64,000 nucleotides of DNA from Bugula neritina. Taxonomy: Eukaryota > Animalia > Bryozoa. The DNA is taken from contig OZ037765.1 in NCBI GenBank assembly GCA_964035545.1, positions 27,093,504 through 27,157,503 on the forward strand. Reading direction: 5' to 3'. How positions within the stretch are numbered: position 1 is the stretch's first letter; the number at the start of each line of letters is the position of its first letter. Positions 14,401-26,134 of the stretch are shown piece by piece. The notes below the pieces were generated by a model. The model saw only the letters and a program-made list of their open reading frames with translations. It had not been told where the DNA came from and did no database searches. A program made the translations under genes and the position numbers.

Positions 14401-17021
14401 TGTTTATCATTAGGCATGGCAAATTTTGAAACTGGAAAGTTCTATTTTATTAAACCAACCTCGAGTTGCTAGCGTTTCTTGAGTTCTAAACACATTAAGA
14501 CTACTTCTATGACTAGCTTGTCTAAGCTCTTTCTCTCCACTGGATATATGTCCTTTAGCTTTACTGATATCTAAAGCAGAGACTTCTCTGCCTCCTGCCC
14601 TAACCATGATGCTAGATGATCGGACAAATTGTCTCCCCTTGATAGAGTGCGCACTATGCTTGTGCACAGCATAGCTCTCAGTTTCAGTTTTAATAGGCAC
14701 GGACAGGTCACTATTGGAAGGTAAGCTGTTGTATAGAAAAGGTAGCTGTTTACTATGCTTAATACTCAGATTGCTACTATTTCTTGCCTTCACATCTGAA
14801 CTAGGATGAGTTGCTCTACTGGTACTGGGAATCTGGTGGGCGTCTGAAGTTGGTTGACTAAACTTGACCTTTTTAGAAGTCATTGACAATTGGTCGGAGT
14901 TGGCAGCATTGTTTGTATTCAGGACATTGGTTGGAGGTTCAACTGACATAGGAAAACCACCAGGTGTTTCATCAACACGGTCTTCTATGACTTTACATTC
15001 AACAGTGTCACTTTGCAGTGAGGTGACATCTAGAGCACTGTTTTGTTGGTCGTTCACATCACAAGCTGGCAATGAGTATGTTTCAGATGTGCATTCACTA
15101 TACGAGGATCCTCTATACTTACTCAAGGTATCATAACTCTTAATAATCTGATGAAATCGAGAAAATGAGTTACCCACAATATCTCGGTGACTTTCAACTC
15201 CTATAAATATCAAATACTGTTGCATTGAACAGAGTTTAGTAAATACGTGCTGTTTGAACAAGCAAGAACTGCACAAATGTGTGGAATTTCAGGATATGAA
15301 AATACACCCTCTCCCCTCTAGTTTTTGTATTTAGGTACTCGATCAACTTTTTTACAAAAAAAAAACAAGAAATTCTTTTACAAAAATATTCTTAAGGATA
15401 TTATATGAAATTACCCATAATGTAAGCTAAATAAATAAAATAAAATTTAAATAATCATTTGATATAATATTTGTCACACACCAACTTTACAAGATATATG
15501 AGAGTTTAGGTATGCTGAACAATGTAATAACCCCTGCAAGTGCCAAATACTGTTATGCAGTAACAGCTTGGAATGACCAAGCACACATGTTTTAGTTATT
15601 TCTACATAGAAAATTGTAGAGTATTGTAAATATTACTGGGCTGAGGAAAGGGAGAATTTCTCTAAACAATGTTGTTTCTAATTAAAAAAATTATTTAAAT
15701 TTATGAAGTTGGCAAACCTTCATCAGACGTGTAGAGTGTATAAATAGGCGTCTTATGCGATTCTTCTGGTGTATGCCGTGCAGTGAGAGGCACTCCTCGA
15801 GCTATTTTGTCTATAAGGTTCGTCCATTCACACCACACCTTATTCACCCAGTTGGTACTAAGTCTATGGTTACACAGTTCAAAATACATAGAGGCCTTGT
15901 GAGGAGAGCTTATGATGATCTTGTAGGGCTCCACAAATCTCAACTTGATTTTACTGAGAGGCAAGGCTTTGATTAGCTCGATGCCTTCCATCTCCGGATC
16001 TCGGGAACTGTGGTAGTACAAGACATCAGGGTGAACCTTGTAATCCAGTAGCCTCTGCTCAGCTATCAGTAGCATGATTGGTGACAATCCTAATATAAGA
16101 GATATAGAGCCAATATATTTTATGATAATCACATGCTAACAAATTAAGTGCCTCCCAGTAAGTTAAATAAACAGTTCTTGGTGTACAACCATTTTCATGA
16201 TCTTCACATATCAAGAATGTGCATATAAAATCTCAAAAACTAAGTTCAAAAGGCAGGGGAGTGACTATTCAAATGGATAATATACTTATATGTAAAGAAA
16301 ACTCAATTGATGGTTTTGAGAAAATAAAAACAATAATTTATACAACTATGCGGAGGTTTGGTGTTTCTGAAAGTACCTAGTCTATTTCTTTGTAGTTCTA
16401 AAAATTGCCAAAGTTAACCATGCACTCAAATCAACAGACATAAATTAAATATGAGAGAAAAAGCAATGCAAAAATGACATGATTACTTATAGGTTTTGAT
16501 CAAAAATCAACATGTTTGACAATGTCAACAAAAAGGGAAAATTGTATAAAAGGTAGATGCAACTTTGATACTACTTTGAAATACAATAGTGGGTTATAAT
16601 TATTTTAGCTATCATAAATAACAATAGTCAAAAGAGCACATAACTCTAATTCACAGTTTTTTCCCAAACAGCTGCACTTTAGCAAAAAAAATAACATGAT
16701 TTCTATTCGAGAAGGTAGAGAAAAAATCTGCAGATCCAAGGATACGCCATCACTAACCGACTGCTTCAAGTTTAAATACTAATATATAATTATTAGTAAA
16801 ATAATATTGATGAATTTAAAATGAAAACCCATTGGCTACTTAAACTAAAAGTAAATAATACTGTAATATAGCTTTTACTTACCTAAGAAAACTTGTTTTA
16901 CTCCTTTTCCATCGAATGTCTCACAGACAAAAGGAGATTCAATCAATATGTCCAACTCATTGAACTCATCAAACTCATCAGAGAATGCTAGCAACTTTTG
17001 TATTTGCAGAGAGGAATTCAT
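8462..17021 (-). CDS. Multi-exon protein with C-terminal divergent RasGEF (CDC25-like) domain, long S/T/P-rich middle and uncharacterised N-terminal globular domain
   Basis: Exon 1 16883-17021 (MNSSLQ...KQVFLG) splices in phase to the exon ending at 16089. CDC25 motifs: AEDIAKELTLID (~11104-11257), HNYFVSQIF...LLQ|VADLCRKFHSYNSLWSIVEALNHHSVQRITYLW, NFKLYRDSI...AHIPHVGVLLHDV (~9476-9657), last exon 8462-8682. Boundaries of the middle exons are approximate. Confidence 0.72.
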
Positions 17022-17754
17022 ATTAAACTATATGCAACCAAACTATTTACATAAACATAGTATACTGAATATGTTGAGTTGTGTTAACAATACAGCCGGA
17101 AAATTCTACTATTGTTGCAACACTTTCAGCAGTTCCGATATTTCATTCTTTCTTATGCAGAATGTATTAATTTCACTTTATGGCTATAAATTAAATGAAA
17201 AATATATTTTGCAAGAGTTTACGTTGACTTCACCTCAAATCATGACATGTTCTTTCCGTCATCCCTCTAATCAGGGTCAAATTAAGCACTTTGTACAAGC
17301 AAATCTCTGATGGCTTCTCATTAGCTTGAACAAAGTCATAGAGAAGCAATTATACAGCATACCTGAACATCAGTTTTATTAGCATCTTAAAGTATGTAAA
17401 AATATATTTTAGCAAAGAACACATTTTAGCTACGAAAAAGAAACATAATAATTTTTCAATACATTTTATTACAAGCTATCTTAGCACCACCTACCACCCA
17501 AAGTGGAAATAAGTAATTAAGTATAACGCGATTTGTAATTCAGATCATCAACAATGAGGTAAAAAAGCAGCTAAATACTTCAAAAACCATATACACATTT
17601 TTTTAGAAATTTTTATGATTAGCAAAATAGTCATAACGCAATACAAATCTGAATAATATAAACAAAGCAATGAGTCTAATGTTAAGCCACCATTCCAGGT
17701 GCCGTAGGGTAGTGTGGCAGAGAAGATCTACTTACTAGAACAGTATTGGGTTGT

Positions 17755-20700
17755 CTACTCTACTTTAGCCAAAACCAGTGCCGTTCTACACGGAATGTAA
17801 ACCTACAACAACATGCAATACTTGTCATCATATCCCACCAACTAGTTATAGAGAGCAGTTAGTTTAGTAGATAAAACAAGGCAACTTATGTCTACTGAAA
17901 TGCATAGCTGGTTATTAGTATTCAAGTCTATACTTTGATAAACTGGACTTTTTAGCCAAGATTGTATTTGCTAAGAATATTTTTGGTATTTTATTATTCA
18001 ATGTGTGAGGATAGTTATAAATATACAGGTATAAATCTGCCCAAACTTAATAAACTTTCACAACTCATGTTAATAGATCAATGAAATATTGTAATGAATT
18101 TATTTTAAGGCTGCTAATTTGTTAACCACAAACAACAGAACTAATTAATAAAATTTATAAATAATAATAAATATCTACAAAAATGTGATTTTTCTAAAGT
18201 GTAACTGGAGATATTTGAAAATATTGTGTATGCTTTAAGTAGTAAAGTAATGGACTTTCTATTTATAATTTTAATGCCATTATATGGCCAATAATTAGGC
18301 TTACTATAGAATAATATTTATCTTGCGCTTTCAAAATAAACTAATATAATTAAATTTTTAGTACCTACATAAAAGTTAGTTTTTCAATGGTAGAGTGAAA
18401 AATGGTATTTCTTAGTTTTAATAAAAAATGAACTTGATGTAATTCTGAAGGTATGTTTATAAGTACTGCCTTAGTTAAACTTGCAGTTCATATTATCAAA
18501 ACAGTACATATATATAGTAGAGCAGCAAAAGTTTGTGTTGATTTTCTTTCAATAGTACTCAGTTAGCTGATAGAGTTCATTTGCATTAAGCAAACTTCAC
18601 AGAAAATATTCTAGAACAGCTACATGACAGAATATTTCCAGATATTACTCGAGATATTATTGAACAAACCAACAGAATATAAAATAAAAAAACAAATAGA
18701 ACTATTCAGTATAAACAACAATGATTGGTTAAACTAGAAAGAACGTAGTTACCTTAATGGAAGCAGCTCTACCAGCATATGACCAATCATCAGTGAGGTA
18801 CTCCACGCTGTGATCTAGCCTGGAATGACCACCAAACCACTCTGTGTCAGAATCCAACACTATTTTATACTTTCCATGGGAGTTCACACCTACTCTGTAG
18901 TCCACAAAACTCTCCGTTGAATGAAAGTTGAAGATGAAGACAACTCCAGCACGATCAAACACCATAACTTTGTCATGGCTGTTCTTACAACTTATGAAAC
19001 CCTGAAAAGAAACGTTTTTAAGATCACGGTTTACCAGCAGAATAAATAGCTATAAGAAATTAAATATTTTTTCAACATAAAGATAATTTTGAAAATGCAG
19101 TTTCTTAGTTGCATAGTTTCTATTACATGAGTCATGGGTGATTTTACAGTGCTTACTATTCCAAGGATTAAATTACCGAAAAAAATACTAAAAAGTTGTA
19201 AGTAAACTTGAACAAGCCAGCTAATAGTTTAAACGAGAACCTAGAAGTGTGTATACTTGAGGCTGAGTTGTTAAAGCTTTGTGAGAATAAAATCTTCATT
19301 ATACTTGAATACTCAAATATATTTGACCAACCGGTGGACATTCCAGCCATGAAAAGCGTTCTTCCAACTCATTCATAGCTTTGTCAAATCTGTAGAGAAA
19401 CTTGTATCTCAAGAGGTCATCTGATACGAGGTTAACCTGTCTCCTTGCGTAGTGATAACTCTCATTATTCCCAGCTCTTGGGAAATCCAACCACTCGGGA
19501 TGCCCATATTCATTGCCTACACACATGCGCAATGCACATAATATTCAACTAGATGGGCTCCATAGCAGGTCTAACAATGTCATAAATATTCATATAAATA
19601 AACTTTATAGCAGTTGGCTTACCAATAAAGTTAAGATAACCTTCACCCCCGAGCCCGTGAGTTAGTAGCCGTATCATCTTATGTAGAGCTAGTCCTCGGT
19701 CTATGATTGGTGTGAGGGGAGTCGTGACTGACATGAAGTCATACATTTCCTTGTCCATCAACCAGAATGCAATGGTCTTATCGCCTAAATGAGTAAAAGA
19801 AAGTTGCTGGGTTTTCAACTCTAAACTAATTCAACACCTGTCTTTAATTATAATGAACTAGTGACGGCATATTCACACTACACCATAAACAACTGCTACT
19901 GCTGTCTTGTAACAAAATTGAGTACCAAATTACACTAAGAAGGAAGTCGAGAAAAACCCTGCATTAACTAAACTAACCAACTAAGGCTTGATCATGACTT
20001 TCAGCATAGCAAATGCACGGTTCTTTATATCTTCTGTTACTCAAAGTGTAAGCTATGGCTTCCATATCCCAATCTTCATCCCGTTGCTCTTTTAGCAGCT
20101 GAAAGTAAAAATATAGCTATAGTAGAACCTGTCGTAGTAATATAGTGCTCTTCAAATATTGTAATTATTAATACTCTACAATGACTTTAAACCAATAAAA
20201 TATGCCTTTCACCTTGATCCACATATCTGGTATAGCCATAGCAAGCCGGTAATCAAACCCCAGACCTCCTTCACATACAGGTCGGCACAGGGTTGGCATC
20301 CCCGACACATCCTACAACACAGAATTGAGGTTCCCTAGGCTAACATGAACTTTGCCACACAAATTACAGACTGTTTCTTTCTGACCTAGTAACTAAAGAA
20401 GTCAAAAAATTAAAATTATTTAAATCAATGCTCATATCTTTTACTAGAAACTTGGCTGATGCTCTCACCTCGGCAATTGTTGTGACAAAGGGGTAGGTAG
20501 CGTGGAGAAAATCATTTGCCAACATGAAGTAGACTACAGACTCTGTATCCGTGTCACGACCAAAGTACTCTTTGTAGTCACCACTGAATCCAAATCCTTC
20601 AAGTTCAGAATTAGCACCATATTTTAGTTTAAAAAATTGTCAAAATCTTTTCAATGAAACAAATAGCAGCAACCAAGAGCACTGAGAGTTTAACACAGGT

Positions 20701-23700
20701 TCTGAATTTAAAGGAAGTTACTGACGCGTATTCTACTATACATTATTCTTGTCAGTAAAGTGTTTTGTGGATTTTAATTACCTACAGTAGTTTTATAGAC
20801 AAAGACTTAAGAATAGTAAACAATGTACTCTTTGGATTACAAGGAAAATACTTTGAATTGTAACGTTTCAATATCTTTTTTTATTGAAATATATTATTAC
20901 TATTACTATTATTATTGGCAAGACTTTGTAATTAAAGACTGATATGTAACTCTCCCTAAATGAACCATACCGATGCCATGATGGTGGTACAGCATCGAGG
21001 TTACCCCATCAAACCTAAAGCCATCAAAGCCATATTCTTCAATCCACCATGTCAGATTTGATAGGAGAAATCGCAGCACCTCCCAACTACAAGGCCGCAA
21101 TAACAGCAGATATTAAGATTATTCATCCCCACCGACTAGTACAGCAGTCTACATGAAACTCAATTCAACAGTCAATATGAAGTGTCCTAAAACTGTACAG
21201 TGATACAATACACCAGTACCAGACCAACTATCAGTCTAACAGTCAAAACATAGTTTTTCCTCTACAATACAATAAATATCTGCTGTCTGAAAATATCACG
21301 AAGTCTTTATCTATTAAAAATAGAGATGATGTCCTGATATAATAGCATTTAATTGTAGAGCTGTGTGATTTTTAGGAACTTTACTAATGAACTAAAATGC
21401 ATAACTGAAGCATCTGTTTTAATACTAGCTTGAAATAATACTCTGTCAATTTCTATGGCATTCTACAAAGTCAGTGAATTATGCGGAACTATTATTATTC
21501 ATATACAGTGTAATAATATGACTCATCATATACTAAGATGACTCATATTTAGGAATAATAAATTCCCAAAATTGCATGCCATAGTACTAAATAATTTTAA
21601 ACTTTAAAGTACAGGCTAATATCAAAAGAGTATAATATATAATAGTTTTAGAGCAAAATTAGTGACAGAGTATTGTTTGGTATATTTTGAAGCATAACCA
21701 GGAGGAAACATTACCAGGAAGGAACGTTACCTGGATGGAACATTACCTGGAGGGAACATTACCTGGAGGGAACATTACCTAGAGGGAACATTACCTGGAG
21801 TAGTTAAATAGCCTGCTGTCCCACAGACTGTGACTGCCTTTAGCACCACTGTGAAAGTAGCAATTATCTGAGCCGTCAAACTGATTCAATCCATCTAGAA
21901 CGTTCTTAGAGGCATGGCTGTGTACAACGTCAAGCAGGACAATGATACCCATGCTATGAGCCGTGTCAACCAGCTCCTTCAACTCTTCTGGAGTGCCATA
22001 TCGGCTGTGCAATGAGAACAAATCGGCACTAACATAGTAAAAACATAATCAAACTGCATTAGTATAATAATTATATTTCTTCTAGCCAATCAGTACAATA
22101 CTAGATCATTATTCAAACCAATCAGTGAACTGTATAATACAATATATTTATTCTAGCCAATCAGGACGTCTCATGACTCTAAAAGTATAGCCTTACCTGG
22201 AGGCAGCAAAGAAGTTGGTCACTTGGTAGCCAAAGCTTGCATAGTATACATGTTCCATAATGGCCATCATTTGTATGCAATTATATCCTGCAGATTGTAA
22301 ACAACGTAAAGTGAAAAGTAAACTCACAACGTTGGAAACCAAAAAGAACATGACATCACTCAAAGTATTGCAAAAGGTACGTAAGAACACTTACCTAAAT
22401 CCTTAATCATTGGAAGCATCACTTGAGTAAAATACGAATATGTGGAAACCTTTGGTTCAGGGGAGGCAATTCCCACATGAGACTCATAGATTCTTAGTCT
22501 TGATGGCTTTGAAGGTCTTTGGTGCTTGAAAATGTATGTCTGTATAAATAATAGAGAACTACAATTATGAAAATATCAGAATCACAGCACGTTACACGGC
22601 ATGACAACGAGTCAACTTAGTTGATATTTTACTGACTTCCTCTGTAGAAGGCATCCAGAAAACAGAGTCATAGGAAAGATTTGTGCTTTCATTTGGCTTC
22701 TTTACATATTTACTCCATGGTGAGATTCTGTCCAACAGTTGGCCTTCTTTAGTCCGGATCAGTAGCTACAACAATATCAACTGAACTTGATACTATAATA
22801 CTTCAAAACTTTATATTCATTGTAATTCAATGAAAAGTTCAACATTTGTCACCACATGGAGGAAACATTCACACAGCTGTGCTGCTACTATAATAATTAT
22901 TAAAAGTGCAGCTTTTCCTGTTATCAGGAGGAAACCAGTGGTAGAAGAGATGTGCATGTGTAAGAGAAATCTAGATACTAACTAGTACCATGGCACAGTG
23001 CAGGAATATACTATCTAATAGCAAAGTAATCTAAGTATGGCTATAACGATTACATAATCCTGGTTTAACACTTGTCCTACACATTGCCAGATAAGCAGCA
23101 AAACCTCCTTACACTATAGGCTAGGTAAGTGCTATAAATAAGTGAGAAATACTGTAGACGAACCTTTTCGTGCTTCATATAATATTTAAAATAGAAACTA
23201 AAATGTATTTTGACAAGCGAAGTATGGAAATTCAGTGATTTTTAAAATCAGCAACATTCGAAATATGTGTTATTCAAGTTTAAAAATGTATGTTTATTTA
23301 GCCATTCTTCAAAAAGACATACCCTGATTGAGTGAAGCACAGTTCTTCCTACGACTTCACTTGATGTAACTTAACAATGCCACGCAAAACACTTTTTATC
23401 CCTATTGAATATATAAATTTTCACCAGCAAAAACACCAATGTTAAAATGTAACCATCTCAAATTATTTATCTGTTTTTTGATGGCTGCTTCTAACAGCCA
23501 TGCTTTTTACAAAAGTGCTTCAATGCGGATAGGCCTTGAAAATAAGCTTTACTATCGTAAAAAGCATAATTTTTTGAGAAAAGCATAAAACAGTTTAGCT
23601 CTACTACATAATAAATTTTTCTGCTAGGCAAGTTGGTAGGTGTAAAAGATTCGATACTATAAAAAAAGATTATAACAGATGACTATTGAGAGAATTTATT

Positions 23701-24449
23701 TAAATTTTACAAACAAGAAGTTTTATTATTACAATATACTGCACGAAAATTTAATAATAGACAAGTCAATAGAATCAACATAATTCTAGAATTAGAGTTT
23801 ATAAACATCATGTACACACCTTGACAATGCTTTTATGAGGAATGTGGACAGTGGCAGGAAGGTAAAGCTCCCATTTACCATAGCCTATAGATTTGAATGG
23901 ATATTGTTCTTTCTCCCAGTGATCTAAAAAAATAAATCTTATTATGATGACAACTTGATAGATAGAATTAAATAACACTGAAAGTCATGTGCAATTCCCA
24001 ACAATAATAGAGTTGGCTTCTTACTAAAGTCTCCTCTCAAGTAAAGGGAAGTAGCATTAGGGGCCCATTCTCTCCACACTAAACCTCCATCCTCAGTCTT
24101 ATGATAGCCAAAATAGTTGTAGCCTTTTGAAAACTTCAACAGGCTTTCTTCTGAAGAGCATATCTTAGTTTTTGTATGTTCAAAACAAGCATATCTACAA
24201 TGTCCAAAATGTCAGTTGATTGTACTCATCAGCCACCAATTGCAGCGTCTAACAGTTATCACAAGACAAAATATGAAAATACTAAATATGATATTTCAGC
24301 AGCAATCATCATTAGAGAGATCTGGTATTAATGTATTGAATGATAGACCTGCGTTGTATATCATCTTGATATGGCTTCAAAAATGGATCATCATGAAACA
24401 GAAGATCCTCATTAGGAGGAGCAATAGCGCCAGTAGCAGAGAACTCCAT
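17755..24449 (-). CDS. GBE1: 1,4-alpha-glucan branching enzyme (GH13), about 15 coding exons
   Basis: Exons include 24349-24449, 24025-24194, 23820-23923, 22637-22765, 22395-22539, 22197-22287, 21795-22004, 20971-21086, 20469-20596, ~20213-20311, ~19978-20098, ~19623-19784, ~19331-19516, ~18753-19002, 17755-17802. Motifs [46 protein letters not shown]|[35 protein letters not shown]. Catalytic D/E/D present. Confidence 0.97.
21699..21800 (-). repeat. Tandem array of six 16-nt units (GTAATGTTCCCTCCAG on the minus strand) at a GBE1 5' splice site
   Basis: Units at 21779-21794, 21763-21778, 21747-21762, 21731-21746, 21715-21730 and 21699-21714. Confidence 0.95.
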
Positions 24450-24949
24450 ATTGTGATTAGATATACATGCTGTATCATAAATAAATTTCCATTCAGTTTG
24501 ACACAAATTTATTGCAATACAATATCATTTATGACAAGGTAAAACAACTTGTGACAGAAAAGCAAGTCAGCTGGTATTTGAAACTTTCTGGGATAACTTG
24601 TATTGCTGGTAGTAATATTTTAAACTGTCCCCTTTCTAAATAATCAGTCTCAGGGGTTTAAAGATAAAAATACATAACTGACAGTTGTAACAATTTATCA
24701 CACAAATGCAAAATTCAGTATCAACGAATTGAATAAATTTTTGAATTAGAACATCAAGCCCAATATTTATTATACTAATTTTAATAATCATCATTAATAT
24801 GATCAAGATATCCATTATAAAATAAGATTGCAATGGTGGCAGAGAAATATTTAGTCTTACACACATGATATTGAAGCATACTCATACTAATTGAAAGCAC
24901 AAACACAAAGCTTGTGCTTATAGTTCTAGCTAAACCAAGTTTTTTTTTT

Positions 24950-25500
24950 GTAATTATTTAATAACTATAGACTTGATATTATCAATATTTATATTATAGT
25001 ATCATTATTCAATTTCATAAACTAAAAACGGCATATTAACCTTTAGCTTAAGTTAAGTTATTTGTAATTGTACTACTTGCCTCTAAAACTTATAAGTAAA
25101 GCAGCTATAATATAATATTATGATAATTATAAAATCAAAAGTTTTTTCTAGCTTTATATTAAATGTATCAATACCCGTTGCAATGTCAATTTGTTAAACA
25201 TAATCACTATCAAATTCAATATGAATATCATAATCATAAATGATAATGTTACAGGTGCCAGTGCACACAAAACTACTGTGATCTCTAGAATTGTTCAGGT
25301 TCTTATTAGCATAAGAAAACTTTATGTTACAACGACAATCAAAATCGGTGATTGTAACTGTAATCGTTGTTGTAATGATCACATAAAGTTTTCTTGCAAT
25401 TGAATCACAATCACAATGAGTATGGCAATCTGAATTACAATGTCAACCACTACCAGTATCACAATCACAATGTCAACCACTACCAGTATCACAATCACAA
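24950..25500. repeat. Degenerate 3/6-nt periodic AT-rich tract (5' region of GBE1)
   Basis: For example gtgattgtaactgtaatc and atcacaatcacaatgagtatggcaatctgaattacaatgtc. Boundaries are approximate. Confidence 0.55.
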
Positions 25501-25503
25501 TGT
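25437..25503. repeat. 30-bp direct tandem duplication (acaatgtcaaccactaccagtatcacaatc x2)
   Basis: Read directly from the sequence. Confidence 0.9.
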
Positions 25504-25800
25504 GAATGTGCCGGTGTCAATTCAAACTAAAGCGTTTTTTACAAAACTTCAGTTTTAGTTTAATAAAAGCGTCACGTAAAGAGTCATTTACAGCGATTTA
25601 GCTAGGTTTGATAATTTTACAAGATATTTTTACATTTTTCAAAATTTATCTACCAAGTGCAAACTTAGAATTTCATTATGCAGATGCGAGAGACTTGCAC
25701 TTGCAGGGCTTTTACAGCACGAGGTTTTGTTTACGCTGTCATGTGTTTGTTACCCGTAAAACTGTATAATGAATTTACAATTTGACATCTGGTAAGTATT
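25500..25800. promoter_or_regulatory. Probable divergent promoter region for GBE1 (-) and ATP synthase f (+)
   Basis: Locally CpG-containing segment between head-to-head genes, with a + strand donor GTAAGT at ~25792 feeding the acceptor at ~26119. Start sites are not determinable. Confidence 0.45.
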
Positions 25801-26134
25801 TTCAACATAATTAAATTTACATAAAATTTTTAATAAAAAATTGTTTTTTAAATTTTTGAGTAGTAACTATTTTTAAATCGAAGTAAAATATTAGCCGTTT
25901 ATTTGTAGTAATAGAATGTTTCCGCTTTCCCGGTTAGCCTAAGATTTGTTTATTAAAAAGCACCTTAGGTTGAAAGCTATATTGAAATCGTGAAAAAGCT
26001 TTGCCTCGCAGGCTTCAAAATAAAGAAACCATCAGTTAGCACTTTCGTATAGTATTAGTGGCTGTTTGTAACTGTGAAGATTTACAATTTATCTCTATAA
26101 ACTGTAAGCATATATTTAGTTGAAAAATACTAAT

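Noticed and set aside
11654-15976. Plus-strand ORFs 11654-11878, 11709-11924, 12192-12467, 14864-15136, 15755-15976
   Set aside because: Antisense shadows of RasGEF exons.
21699-21800. CRISPR-like or prokaryotic repeat array
   Set aside because: Units are contiguous with no unique spacers, there are no cas genes, and the context is a spliceosomal intron.
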